Shown here: positions 8,628 through 18,108 of the stretch, one piece after another
Numbering within the stretch: position 1 is the stretch's first letter
Layout of the letters: each line of letters opens with the position of its first letter
Assembly: GCA_022071945.1 (NCBI GenBank)
Contig: JAJVIN010000002.1
Location: forward strand, 104,941 to 168,940
Direction of reading: 5' to 3'
Length of the DNA: 64,000 nt
Source of the DNA: Thermoanaerobaculia bacterium
GTDB taxonomy: Bacteria > Acidobacteriota > Thermoanaerobaculia > UBA5066
Position numbers and translations under genes: made by a program
The notes under the pieces: generated by a model
The model's database searches: none
What the model was told of the DNA's origin: nothing
What the model saw: only the letters and a program-made list of their open reading frames with translations

Positions 8628-9509
8628 TCACACCGGCGAAATGGGGTCGCTATCGGCAGCCCCGCCGCGGTGCTCCTGACCTCGTCGCGCTTGTCCGGCC
8701 AGAAGGATCGCGGCGATGAGGGCGGACCCGCCCGCCAGGGTGTTCCATCCCACCGCCTCCTCGAAAGCCAGCCACCCGAATACGGCGCCGAAGGCTGTCG
8801 TCAGCGGGTTTGCCAGAGTCGCCCGGCCCGCCGGCACCTTCGAGAGGCCCCGAGTCAGGAACACCTGACCGAATTGCCCGGAGAGCGCCACCGCGAAAAG
8901 CCAGACCCAGTCCCTCCCGCCAGGCAGGACCACACCCTCCAGGGCCATTCCCGGCACCGACATCGCGAGCGAGACGAACGGGAACCAGAGGACGATCGTC
9001 ATCGGGTGCTCCGTCCTCACCGCGTCCCTGACCGCAACGTAGGCTCCCGAGCTCAACAAGGCGCCGAGAAGCGCCACCGCGGGAGCGTGAGGGTGCCGGG
9101 CGACCACCGCCGGCCCCGCGGGCAGCAGGAGGGCCACGCCGGCCACGGCCAGGACGAACGCGGGAACGAACATCTTTCCCGCGGGTTCACGCAGCAGCCA
9201 GAAGGCGAGGATGGCCGTGAACAACGGGCTCACCTGCTGCAAGAGAACGGCCTCCGCGAGCGGCTGGTGAGAAAGCGACCAGGCATAGCAGGAGAGAGCG
9301 AGGTGACCGAACGCGCCCCGGGCGGCCAGGACGCCGGGCCTCTTGCCCAGAACCGGGAGGTTCTTTCGACGAACCCACCAGTACGTCATCAGCACACAGC
9401 CGAGCGCGCGGAAGAAGATGAGCTCCTGAAGGGGCATGACTCGGCCGAGGACCTTGATGGCGGCGGCCATGACCGCGAAGAAGAAGGCGGAGAGGACCAT
9501 GTCCCCCAT
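8628..9509 (-). CDS. DMT superfamily (EamA-like) transporter
   Basis: 293 aa with ~10 hydrophobic helices and two EamA-like halves. Confidence 0.8.
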   Translation of the reverse strand: MGDMVLSAFFFAVMAAAIKVLGRVMPLQELIFFRALGCVLMTYWWVRRKNLPVLGKRPGVLAARGAFGHLALSCYAWSLSHQPLAEAVLLQQVSPLFTAILAFWLLREPAGKMFVPAFVLAVAGVALLLPAGPAVVARHPHAPAVALLGALLSSGAYVAVRDAVRTEHPMTIVLWFPFVSLAMSVPGMALEGVVLPGGRDWVWLFAVALSGQFGQVFLTRGLSKVPAGRATLANPLTTAFGAVFGWLAFEEAVGWNTLAGGSALIAAILLAGQARRGQEHRGGAADSDPISPV

Positions 9510-9573
9510 CGAGACCGATTATGGAGTCTCTCGGATCGTGGCCCTGGCTGGCTGGTTCGTCCCCCCGTGCCTC

Positions 9574-9616
9574 CCCAAGAAAGCGAAAGCCCTTCCCCCG
9601 CAGGGCGGGAGAAGGG
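9574..9616 (-). terminator. Rho-independent terminator after the 9638..10495 gene
   Basis: 13-bp stem with one mismatch (GCCCTTCCCCCGC agg GCGGGAGAAGGGC, 9588-9616). On the minus strand it is followed by TTTCGCTTTCTT. Confidence 0.7.
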
Positions 9617-9637
9617 CGGGTGCTCGTTCGGATGGGC

Positions 9638-10495
9638 TTACCGGTTCGGGTCGGGGCAGTAGCTGCTGGTGAACCCGCGGGCCTCTTCCCTGCGGGAGAG
9701 AGGGTTGCGATAGCGGTCGGGCAGGATACCGAGCTTCACGAGCTGCTGGTGGAACTCGTACCGGATCCTGACCGACGCGGCCGGACTGGACTCGAGCTCG
9801 AGGTCGACCCGGACCACGTCGTGGCGCGTCCGGTCGCCCATACCGGTGGCGGCGTACTCGTCGGAGAGCTTGGCCTCGCCCTTCGGCGCCGGCTGAGAGG
9901 ACGGAGCCTCTGCGGAGGGAGCCTGTGCGGAGGGAGCCTCTGCGGAGGGAGCCGGCATCCCGCCAGCATCGCGCGAGGCCTGCCTCTTCTCTTCCGCATC
10001 CTTCTCGCGTCCCCAGATGGTGACCGGGGGACGGCGCTCCCGCTCGAGGAAGAACACGGCCTCGATGACCCCCAGGTTGTCGGTCTGTCCCAGAAATGCG
10101 CCGTAAGACTGCCGCTCTCCGGTGAAGACGAAGCGGCGGGCGGAGGAGTCACTGACCTGCCATCCGGAGATCGTCACCGAGGAGTAGGGTTCGAGGACCC
10201 ACTTGCGGGCCTTCTTGGCGGCGGTGTGCGAGGCGTCGATCGTGTTGAGGCCGTCGACCGAGAGGGCGACCGCCGCGCGGCGCGACGTGGGGTTCGTGAT
10301 CCGGATCTCGTATTCGCGTCCCCTCAGAGCCTCGACGTAGGTGGTGCCGCGGGCGGGGTACTCCGTCAGGGGAACTCCGTCCACCAGGACGTCGATGTTG
10401 AAGGTGACGCGCTCGGGCCGGTCGAAGCCCCACGCACAGGCGGGAGTGGAGAAAAGGGTGAGGGCTGCGAGGGCTGCGATCAGGCGGGATTTCAT
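9638..10495 (-). CDS. Hypothetical secreted protein with APSAE-type repeat linker
   Basis: ATG at 10495 is preceded by AGGAGG and followed by signal peptide MKSRLIAALAALTLFSTPACA. The longer track ORF start (10591) was rejected. The internal APSAEAPSAQAPSAEAPSSQ is encoded by 15-bp DNA repeats near 9900-9950. Confidence 0.65.
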   Translation of the reverse strand: MKSRLIAALAALTLFSTPACAWGFDRPERVTFNIDVLVDGVPLTEYPARGTTYVEALRGREYEIRITNPTSRRAAVALSVDGLNTIDASHTAAKKARKWVLEPYSSVTISGWQVSDSSARRFVFTGERQSYGAFLGQTDNLGVIEAVFFLERERRPPVTIWGREKDAEEKRQASRDAGGMPAPSAEAPSAQAPSAEAPSSQPAPKGEAKLSDEYAATGMGDRTRHDVVRVDLELESSPAASVRIRYEFHQQLVKLGILPDRYRNPLSRREEARGFTSSYCPDPNR

Positions 10496-10562
10496 GGCTG
10501 CCTCCTTCAACCAGTACTGATCCCTGGTGCGGGGAAAAAGTTCCCCGGGCCATAATCCCGGC

Positions 10563-11888
10563 ATGAAGAAACTCATCCTCCAGATGGTCATCGGTGCCGT
10601 CGTTTCTTCCGCTTTCCTGATCTCGTGCGTGACGAATCCGGTGACGGGGAAATCGGAGTTCTCCCTGATCTCCGAGGAGGAAGAGAAGTCTCTGGGGGCC
10701 CAGAGTTACGGTCCCATGATCCAGCAATCGAACGGGACCGTCACCGATCCGCCCCTGCAGGCGTTCGTGCAGAGGGTCGGGGGCGACCTCTCGAAGGCCT
10801 CTCACCGGCCGGCGCTCGACTACCAGTTCACGGTGGTCAACGCGAACTACTTCAATGCCTTCGCGCTCCCGGGAGGAAAGGTGTGCATCACGCGCGGACT
10901 CCTGGCCCAGATGACGACCGAAGACCAGATGGCCGGGGTTCTCGGGCACGAGATCGGGCACGTCACCGCCCGCCACGGGGCGGCCTCCGTGACGCGCGGC
11001 ATCCTTGCCCAGACCGTGCTGACGGCCGGTGCCGTCGCGATGGAAGCCGGGGAGACGAAGAACCGCAACCTCTACCTGGCAGCCGCCGGAATCGGCGGGC
11101 AACTCATCCTGATGCGCTACTCCCGCGATCAGGAACGGCAGTCCGACGAACTCGGGATGGCCTACATGGCCAAGGCGGGCTACAACCCAAAGGGGTTTGT
11201 CGAGTCGATGGAGATCCTGAAAACGGCTCACGACAAAGAGCCCTCGAAACTCGAGGCCCTGTTCCAGAGCCACCCCATCACCTCCGAGCGGATCGACACC
11301 GGGCGGCAAAGGGCCGCCAACCTCTACCCGTCAGAGTCGGCCCGGCCAATCAGGACCAAGGAGTTCGAGGGGTCGTTGAAGAACCTCAAGGCCGAGATTC
11401 CGGCCTTCAAGGTCGCGGATGAGGGCGAGAAGGCCCTGACCAACAAGGACTACAGGACGGCCGTGTCGAAGTTCATGGAAGCGTCCCGGATGGCACCAAG
11501 ACAGGCCATCCTCCCCGCCAAGGAGGCGGTGGCGCGCCTTCTGGCCGAGGACTTCCAGATGGCCCGTACGGCCGCGGCCCAGGCGATCGAGAAGGATCGC
11601 GGCCTTCACCTCGGATTGCTCGTGTCCGGAATCGCGTCGGCGAAGCTCGGAAGCTGGCGTGATGCGGCCCGCGATCTCGAGCTGGCCGAGAAGGCGGGCG
11701 GGCCCTCCGTCGCCAGCTCGTTCTTCCTGGGGAGGGCCTACGAGGAATCGGGCAGCCGCGACCGCGCCGCCGAGAGATACAAGTGGGTCGTCGAGAACGG
11801 TCCCGACGGGCAGGAAACCCGTTACGCCCGTCAGCGCCTCGTCGAATGGGGGGCGCTTGCCTCCCCGGCACCCGCGCCCCAGAGGTGA
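10563..11888 (+). CDS. M48 family zinc metalloprotease lipoprotein with C-terminal TPR region (BepA-like architecture)
   Basis: HEIGHVTARH (HExxH). Lipobox-like MKKLILQMVIGAVVSSAFLISC at ATG 10563. C-terminal TPR-like helices. Confidence 0.85.
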   Translation: MKKLILQMVIGAVVSSAFLISCVTNPVTGKSEFSLISEEEEKSLGAQSYGPMIQQSNGTVTDPPLQAFVQRVGGDLSKASHRPALDYQFTVVNANYFNAFALPGGKVCITRGLLAQMTTEDQMAGVLGHEIGHVTARHGAASVTRGILAQTVLTAGAVAMEAGETKNRNLYLAAAGIGGQLILMRYSRDQERQSDELGMAYMAKAGYNPKGFVESMEILKTAHDKEPSKLEALFQSHPITSERIDTGRQRAANLYPSESARPIRTKEFEGSLKNLKAEIPAFKVADEGEKALTNKDYRTAVSKFMEASRMAPRQAILPAKEAVARLLAEDFQMARTAAAQAIEKDRGLHLGLLVSGIASAKLGSWRDAARDLELAEKAGGPSVASSFFLGRAYEESGSRDRAAERYKWVVENGPDGQETRYARQRLVEWGALASPAPAPQR

Positions 11889-11909
11889 GACCGCTTCCCG
11901 TGCGGGGGA

Positions 11910-12728
11910 TTACTTGCCGAGATCGCCGGCCACCCGGGCCGCGGTCTCGACGCCGCGAGCCAGCACGGAGCGGATCCGCCCGTCCTCGAGCGCGAGGATG
12001 CCGGCGATGGTGCAGCCGGCGGGAGTCGTGACGTCGTCCTTCAGGGCTGCCGGGTGCCTGCCGGTCGTCAGGATCATCTCCGCGGCGCCGAGCGTCATCT
12101 GAGAGGCCAGCTCGAGGGCGACGCTTCTGGGAAGTCCTCTCATGACCCCGCCATCGGCGAGCGCCTCGATGATCACGTAGATGAAGGCCGGACCGCTTGC
12201 CGACAGGCCCGTGACCGTGTCCATGTGCTTTTCCTCGAGCTCGAGCGTGCGCCCCATCGTGGAGAAGATCTCGCGTGCCAGGGCCGTGTGTTCGTCGTTG
12301 GCGTGGATGCCCTTCGAGACGACCGTCATCCCCTTACCGATGAAGCACGGCGTGTTGGGCATGGCGCGCACGACCGGGACTCCCTCGGGAGCGCGCTCCT
12401 CGATGAAGGCCGTGCTGATGCCCGCGGCGATCGAGATGAGGAGGGGCCTGTGATCGAGGGCGCCCTTGCCCTTGAGGGTCTCGACGGCCTTCTGGACGTC
12501 CTTCGGCTTCACGCAGAGGATGGCGATGTCGCTTCCCCTCACGGCCTCGGCGCTGTCCGTCGTGCAGACGATTCCCAGGTCGGCGGCGAGCCTCTCGGCC
12601 GTGTTCCGGGAGCGGGCGGAGGCGACGAGCTGTCCCGTCTCGACCTTGCCGGATTTCAAGAGGCCACCGGCCAGGGCGCGGCCCATCGTCCCGCCCCCCA
12701 CTATGGAGATTCTCTTCCCTTTCAGCAT
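11910..12728 (-). CDS. proC: Pyrroline-5-carboxylate reductase
   Basis: 272 aa. N-terminal ISIVGGGTMGRALAGGL Rossmann motif and full-length ProC-like sequence. Confidence 0.9.
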   Translation of the reverse strand: MLKGKRISIVGGGTMGRALAGGLLKSGKVETGQLVASARSRNTAERLAADLGIVCTTDSAEAVRGSDIAILCVKPKDVQKAVETLKGKGALDHRPLLISIAAGISTAFIEERAPEGVPVVRAMPNTPCFIGKGMTVVSKGIHANDEHTALAREIFSTMGRTLELEEKHMDTVTGLSASGPAFIYVIIEALADGGVMRGLPRSVALELASQMTLGAAEMILTTGRHPAALKDDVTTPAGCTIAGILALEDGRIRSVLARGVETAARVAGDLGK

Positions 12729-13645
12729 GGTTCGATGGTACCCGATCGGTCGCGAGGGGAGGGAATCGAGGCCTCGCCGGGAGGGAACCCCATCGAGAGC
12801 CGGATGGCCATGTACTCGGGCGTGACGGCGCCCGCGCGGTCTCTGAGCGAGAGTGGGGGCTCCTCGATCGGCGTTGCCTGGCGGGCCAGGGCCTCCGGCA
12901 AGAGGTCACTGGAAAGGACCGCGGCATGAAGAGTGATTCTGGGGGGCTCCTCGTCACGGAAGAGAACGTCGCGTCTGCGGACGAGCCTCAGGCCTTCGTC
13001 CTCGAGAGCCTTCGAGACGAACGTCTCCTGCCCGGCCCGGTAAACGAAGATGAAAAAGCCCCCGGGGGCGAGGCGAGGCGCCGCGGCTCGGACGTAGTCG
13101 GGCACGGACCCCCGCGTTTCGATCCTCGCCGCCACCGCCTGCCGGTGGGCGGCCGGCGTCGCGGTCCCTTCCGGAAAGTAAGGGGGAGACCCGGTGACGA
13201 GGTCGAAGGACCGGGGGCCCAGGAGAACGGACGAGGTGTTTCGAAGATCGCCGTGAAGCGGCGTGATCCTCTCCTCCAGGCCGTTGTAGGCGAGGCTCTT
13301 CCTGGCGAGCGCGAGGGACTCTGCCTGGGCCTCCACGGTGACCCATCTGCTGGAAGGGTGCTTCCAGGAAAGGAGCATCGCGACCGAACCGATTCCTGAA
13401 CCGAGGTCCAGCCCGGAGTCGATCCTCGGCGCGCAGACGGAGGCATACCACGCCGTGAGGAGATCGTCCGCCGAGAAGCGGTGGCCTCTCTCGTACTGGA
13501 AGATCCGGAAGTGGCCGGAGAGGAAGCTGAGGGTCTCTCCGGGTTCGGGCTCGAGTCCACCCGGTGGCAAGGGACCCGGCCGGACCCAGCCCCTGAAGGA
13601 CGGACCTGCTGACGGCGCCTTCTGTCTCACGGAGTCATCGGGCAA
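12722..13645 (-). CDS. Class I SAM-dependent methyltransferase (amino-methyltransferase type, GSPPYF motif)
   Basis: LDLGSGIGSVAM (motif I) and DLVTGSPPYF (motif IV). Overlaps hom stop and proC start, suggesting an operon. Confidence 0.75.
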   Translation of the reverse strand: MPDDSVRQKAPSAGPSFRGWVRPGPLPPGGLEPEPGETLSFLSGHFRIFQYERGHRFSADDLLTAWYASVCAPRIDSGLDLGSGIGSVAMLLSWKHPSSRWVTVEAQAESLALARKSLAYNGLEERITPLHGDLRNTSSVLLGPRSFDLVTGSPPYFPEGTATPAAHRQAVAARIETRGSVPDYVRAAAPRLAPGGFFIFVYRAGQETFVSKALEDEGLRLVRRRDVLFRDEEPPRITLHAAVLSSDLLPEALARQATPIEEPPLSLRDRAGAVTPEYMAIRLSMGFPPGEASIPSPRDRSGTIEPC

Positions 13646-14937
13646 GAGAGCGGAGGCTCGACGTTGAAGTCCATCGCCAGGATCTGGCGGATGGCGTCCT
13701 CGACCTGGCTCTCGGCGACCGCCTCGATCGTGATCACGAAGGGAAACGCTTCCTTGTGCTGGTCGGGCAGCTGGAGAACCGCGTCGATGTTGATGTGGTG
13801 GTCGGACAGACAGCGCGCGATGTCGGCGAGGATTCCGGGCCGGTCGCGGACGACGAAGCGGAGGTAGAAGGGAGCGACGAAGTCCTTCGAGGTTGCCCGA
13901 TGGAGAGGGGCCGCCTCGTAGGTTCCGAAGAACGGGGTTTCGGGACGCTGACCGCAGCGGGAAAGCTCGATGAGGTCCGAATAGACCGCCGTCGCCGTGG
14001 CGGCTCCCCCCGCTCCGGCCCCGGCGAAGAAGAAATCCCCTCCGTCCTGGGACTGGATCAGGACGGCGTTGGAGGGTCCGGCCACGCTCGCGAACAGGGA
14101 GTCGGTCTGAACCATGTGCGTCCGCACGGACAGAAAGAGCCCGTCACCGGGTATCTGCCGCACGAGGCCGAGCTGGCGAGGGGTGCGGCCCAGCTTGCGG
14201 CCGTAGATGAAATCCCAGGGGCGGAGCTGGCCGATTCCGCCCGTCCGGATGTCACCGAGGGAAACGCCCTGGCCGAACGCGATGCGAGCAATGATGGCGA
14301 GCTTGCAGGCGGCGTCCGTGCCTCCGACATCGGCCGTCGGATCCGCCTCGGCGTACCCGAGGCGCTGGGCATCCGCCAGCGCCTCGCCGTAGGTGCGGCC
14401 TTCTCGTTCCATCTCGGTCAGGATGAAGTTCGACGTGCCGTTGAGGATGCCGGAAATGGAGGTGAGACGGTGAGAGACGAAGCTCTCGCGCAGCACGCGG
14501 AGAAGCGGGATCCCGCCCGCCACGGAGGCCTCGGCCCTGAGACTGGCGCCGGAGGCGGCCGCAACGGCCTGGAGCTCGTCGCCATGGGCGGCGAGGAGGG
14601 CTTTGTTGGCCGTGACCACGTGCTTGCCGTTTGCCAGAGCGAGCTTGACGAACTCGTAAGCCTTCTCGATCCCCCCGATCAGCTCGACGACGGCATCGAC
14701 ATCAGCGGCCGTCGCCAGGGCCAGGGGATCCTCGTGCCAAGAGACCCCGGGCAGCCACCCGGCCCTTTTTCTCTCGACGTTGCGGTTCGCGACTCGCGTG
14801 ATGCGGAGCTCCACATCCCGATGAATGGGGGCGGAAGGACCGGACGCTGTCAGGAGTTGGGCCAAGGCCTGACCCACGGTGCCGAAGCCGGCGAGACCGA
14901 TTCGGAGGGTGGGGTACGACGGGCGGATCGCTGTCAT
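13627..14937 (-). CDS. hom: Homoserine dehydrogenase with C-terminal ACT domain
   Basis: 436 aa; RIGLAGFGTVGQAL NAD-binding motif. Full-length similarity to Hom by eye. Confidence 0.9.
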   Translation of the reverse strand: MTAIRPSYPTLRIGLAGFGTVGQALAQLLTASGPSAPIHRDVELRITRVANRNVERKRAGWLPGVSWHEDPLALATAADVDAVVELIGGIEKAYEFVKLALANGKHVVTANKALLAAHGDELQAVAAASGASLRAEASVAGGIPLLRVLRESFVSHRLTSISGILNGTSNFILTEMEREGRTYGEALADAQRLGYAEADPTADVGGTDAACKLAIIARIAFGQGVSLGDIRTGGIGQLRPWDFIYGRKLGRTPRQLGLVRQIPGDGLFLSVRTHMVQTDSLFASVAGPSNAVLIQSQDGGDFFFAGAGAGGAATATAVYSDLIELSRCGQRPETPFFGTYEAAPLHRATSKDFVAPFYLRFVVRDRPGILADIARCLSDHHINIDAVLQLPDQHKEAFPFVITIEAVAESQVEDAIRQILAMDFNVEPPLSCPMTP

Positions 14938-15214
14938 GGGGGCCGAATCTACGGAAAGTCGGGGCTTCGGGCAAATCGTGGCGGTGGAGGACGGAACGAG
15001 GGCACGCAGCGAACGGAGGCATGGTTCAAAGAGCCCCGAGGTGAGGAGCCAGGATGCCGAGACACTGTCTCATGTCATGGCGTCCCTTCCGCCAGGGTGC
15101 GCGGAACGGGTAGGATCGGACGAGCGAACGTCGGCGCTCTGGGCGAACCCGAGCTCGGACGGTTGTGGGGGAGGGGCAAATAGGACTTAGACTTGGGAAG
15201 GCGTCTGAGCCGGC

Positions 15215-16999
15215 ATGAGTTCGAGAGGATTCAAGGAGCGCTTTTTCGAGGGCGTCCCGAGGTACGAGTGGGTGGACACCCTCGGCCGGGGCGGAATGGG
15301 GATCGTCTACAAGGCGAAGGACAAGGAGCTCGACGAGATCGTCGCGATCAAGGTGCTTCAACCTGATTTCGACGGGACGGAGCTCGATCTCCTGACCCGT
15401 TTCAAGCGCGAGATCAACCTCAACCGGAAGATCAAGCACCCGAACGTAGCCCGGATCCACGACTTCGGGATGAGCGGGGAGTTCCCGTACATCACGATGG
15501 AGTACATACAGGGCAAGGACCTCAAGGCGACGATCCAGGATCGGGGACGGATCCCGCCGCCCGACGCCATCTCGATCCTCAGACAGATCGCCCGCGGCGT
15601 TCAGGCCGCCCACGAAGTCGGCATCATCCACCGGGACCTGAAGCCCCAGAACGTCATGCTCGACGGGAACGGAGCGGTGGCGATCCTGGATTTTGGCCTG
15701 GCGCGCGGCCGGACGAACGACAACCTGACCGCCTCCTCGATCGTCCTCGGCACCCCTCAATACCTTTCTCCCGAGCAGGCCTTGGGTGGGCAGGCGGACG
15801 CGCGGAGTGACCTCTATTCCATCGGCATCATCGCGTTCGAGATGCTCACGGGGGATGTCCCCTTCATCGGGGACACGCCTGTCGCGACCGCGATGAAGCA
15901 GGTGACGGCCCCGGTCCCCGACACGATGTCCCGATTTCCGGACGTCTCTCCCGGTCTTCGGGCGATCGTTCTCCGGACGCTCGCGAAGCGCCCTTCGGAC
16001 CGCTTCAGCTCGGCGGCCGAGCTCGAGGCCGAGATCGCCATGCTCGAACACAAGGTTGAAGAGGACACGGAGAGCCGGATCCGGCGCGCGACGTTCGAGG
16101 TCGGGCCCCCTTCGAGCGCGGGCATGCCGATCCCGGAGCGCCCGGCGAGCAGCATCGAGACTCTCATGGCCCCGCCCGACGCGCAGGGTCTCCCGCCGTC
16201 CCGGACGGAAGGAGACACTCCGCGCGCGGCGATGCGCCGGCACGTCCGGCCGGGCGCGCCAGCCACCGCAGGCGCGCCAGCCACCGCGGGTGTGGCGGCC
16301 CCGGCTCCACAGGTCCCTCCTCCCCAGCCATCGCCACAGGCAGCCCAGCCTGATTTCTCGCTCGGTCCGCAGGTCTATCCCCTCCCATCGATTCCCCAGG
16401 CGATCCCGGCGGCCGCGCTGCCTCCGCTGCAGCAAAAACCGGCGGGTCCTCCAGTCATGACGTCGGCCTACTCGGCTCCCGCTCCCGCCTCGCCGCCCGT
16501 CCAGCCGGCGGCCCCAGGCCGTGAGCTGGACCGCACGGTCGTCAAGCGCCGCGTGCCAAAGGTGCTGGTCGTGGACGCGGATTCGCAGAACGTCCTGACC
16601 TCGGCATCCGTCCTGGAGTCCTCGGGCACGCAGGTCGTGATCGCTCGCAGCGGCCAGGAGGCCCTCGAGCTCCTGATGAAGACCTCGGTCGACCTGATTT
16701 TCCTGGACATCTCGCTGCCCGGGATGGACGGGCTGGACGTGACCCGGATCATCAAGTCGCAGCCGGAGCTTTCGGCCATTCCCATTCTCCTCACGTCCCA
16801 GCGGCTCGACCGGAGCTTGTTTGCCTTCGGCATCCAGCTCGGGGCTGTCGATTTCATCCGCAAGCCGATCCCCGAGAAGACCCTCATCGGTTATGCCTGG
16901 CAGGTCTTGAAGCGGATCGGCTTCGTCCCGCCCGCGGGCGTCGTCGAGGCAGAGATGCCAGCCAAGGCCGCTCCCAGGGGGCCGAAACCATCCTACTAA
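15215..16999 (+). CDS. Hanks-type Ser/Thr protein kinase fused to a C-terminal response-regulator receiver domain
   Basis: Kinase motifs GRGGMGIVYKA, HRDLKPQN, DFGLAR, SPEQ. A Pro/Ala-rich linker contains the GAPATAG duplication. Receiver reads KVLVVDADSQ...LIFLDISLPGMDG...FIRKP. Confidence 0.9.
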   Translation: MSSRGFKERFFEGVPRYEWVDTLGRGGMGIVYKAKDKELDEIVAIKVLQPDFDGTELDLLTRFKREINLNRKIKHPNVARIHDFGMSGEFPYITMEYIQGKDLKATIQDRGRIPPPDAISILRQIARGVQAAHEVGIIHRDLKPQNVMLDGNGAVAILDFGLARGRTNDNLTASSIVLGTPQYLSPEQALGGQADARSDLYSIGIIAFEMLTGDVPFIGDTPVATAMKQVTAPVPDTMSRFPDVSPGLRAIVLRTLAKRPSDRFSSAAELEAEIAMLEHKVEEDTESRIRRATFEVGPPSSAGMPIPERPASSIETLMAPPDAQGLPPSRTEGDTPRAAMRRHVRPGAPATAGAPATAGVAAPAPQVPPPQPSPQAAQPDFSLGPQVYPLPSIPQAIPAAALPPLQQKPAGPPVMTSAYSAPAPASPPVQPAAPGRELDRTVVKRRVPKVLVVDADSQNVLTSASVLESSGTQVVIARSGQEALELLMKTSVDLIFLDISLPGMDGLDVTRIIKSQPELSAIPILLTSQRLDRSLFAFGIQLGAVDFIRKPIPEKTLIGYAWQVLKRIGFVPPAGVVEAEMPAKAAPRGPKPSY

Positions 17000-17066
17000 C
17001 CGCCCGAATGAAGCCCTCGGATCGCCCCTATCCGGGCGCGTTCCTCACACAAAAGGAGTACAAACG

Positions 17067-17810
17067 ATGAAACCTAGAGTCGGTGGTCTTCTGGCCATCC
17101 TCGCCCTCACGTCCCTCGCCGCCTCGGCGGCTCCGGCCGATAAACCCGCCGCAAAGCCCGCCGCAAAGCCGGCGGACCCCAAGGCGCCCGGCGCCGCGCC
17201 CGCGCCGGCCGCGCCTCTCGACGAGGCCAAGACCATCTATGCGCTCGGTGTCGTCATCAGCGGAAACCTCAAGCAGTTCCGGTTGACCCCGGCGGAGGTC
17301 GAGATCCTCAAATCCGGCCTCACCGACGGCCTCGCGGGCAAGGAGAAGAAGGAAGAGGTCGAGAAGAACGGTCCCAGGATCCAGGAACTCCTCGAGAAGC
17401 GGCAATCCGCCGCCGCCGCGGAGGAGAAAAAGGCCTCGGGGAGCTACCTGGCGAAGATGGCTGCCGAGCCGGGCGCTCAGAAGAAAGCCAGCGGTCTCGT
17501 CTACAGAGAGCTGAAGGCCGGAGCGGGGGAGCAACCCAAGTCGAACTCGAAGGTGAAAGTCCACTACCACGGCACGCTTTCGGACGGCACGGTCTTCGAT
17601 AGCTCCGTTCAGCGAGGCCAGCCGGCCGAGTTCCCTCTGGACCGAGTCATCCCCTGCTGGACGGAGGGTGTTCAGCTGATGAAGGTGGGGGGTAAGGCCA
17701 AGATCACCTGCCCATCCGAAATTGCCTACGGCGACCGCGGGGCCCCGCCGACCATCAAGCCGGGCGCCACGCTCACGTTCGAGGTGGAGCTCCTGGAAAT
17801 CGCGAAGTAG
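17067..17810 (+). CDS. Secreted FKBP-type peptidyl-prolyl cis-trans isomerase (FkpA/Mip-like)
   Basis: Signal peptide. C-terminal FKBP domain VKVHYHGTLSDGTVFDSS...ATLTFEVELLEI. Confidence 0.9.
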   Translation: MKPRVGGLLAILALTSLAASAAPADKPAAKPAAKPADPKAPGAAPAPAAPLDEAKTIYALGVVISGNLKQFRLTPAEVEILKSGLTDGLAGKEKKEEVEKNGPRIQELLEKRQSAAAAEEKKASGSYLAKMAAEPGAQKKASGLVYRELKAGAGEQPKSNSKVKVHYHGTLSDGTVFDSSVQRGQPAEFPLDRVIPCWTEGVQLMKVGGKAKITCPSEIAYGDRGAPPTIKPGATLTFEVELLEIAK

Positions 17811-17852
17811 CCTCGCGCACCCGGAGGTGCTCCGGGTGGTCTCGAATCGAAG

Positions 17853-17881
17853 AGCCCGGCCGAGCGCCGGGCTTTTCTCTT
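17853..17881 (+). terminator. Rho-independent terminator after FKBP gene
   Basis: Stem AGCCCGGC / GCCGGGCT with a 5-nt loop, followed by TTTTCTCTT. An additional 9-bp hairpin lies at 17818-17838. Confidence 0.75.
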
Positions 17882-18108
17882 GAGATGCCTGGGGGAACGG
17901 GACACGGGCGGGCTCGAGCCGGATTCGCATCCTCTGCGACCTGATCTCAGAAAAGTGGTGCGTAGTACGTATGCATCATGCCGATTGATCCATTCCGCTC
18001 ATACCCGGCGGGGCCGAACGGGAGTAGCCTTTCCCATGAAGATTCCCCTGGACTGGGACCATGAAGGGCCTTGCCGCCGGGGGGACATGGGAGAGGAGGA
18101 ATAACAAC

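Noticed and set aside
12729-12745. tRNA-like GGTTCGA T-loop strings (also near 1160 and 20937)
   Set aside because: All lie inside coding sequence and lack acceptor or anticodon stem context. No tRNA gene can be supported in this window.
17881-18108. Looked for a c-di-GMP/cGAMP (GEMM-type) riboswitch or an FNR/CRP box upstream of the mtrC-like gene
   Set aside because: None of the conserved GEMM sequence blocks (GCAAACC / ACGCAAAGC-like) and no TTGAT-N4-ATCAA box were found by eye. There are only short palindromes (TACGTA, ATGCAT) of uncertain meaning.
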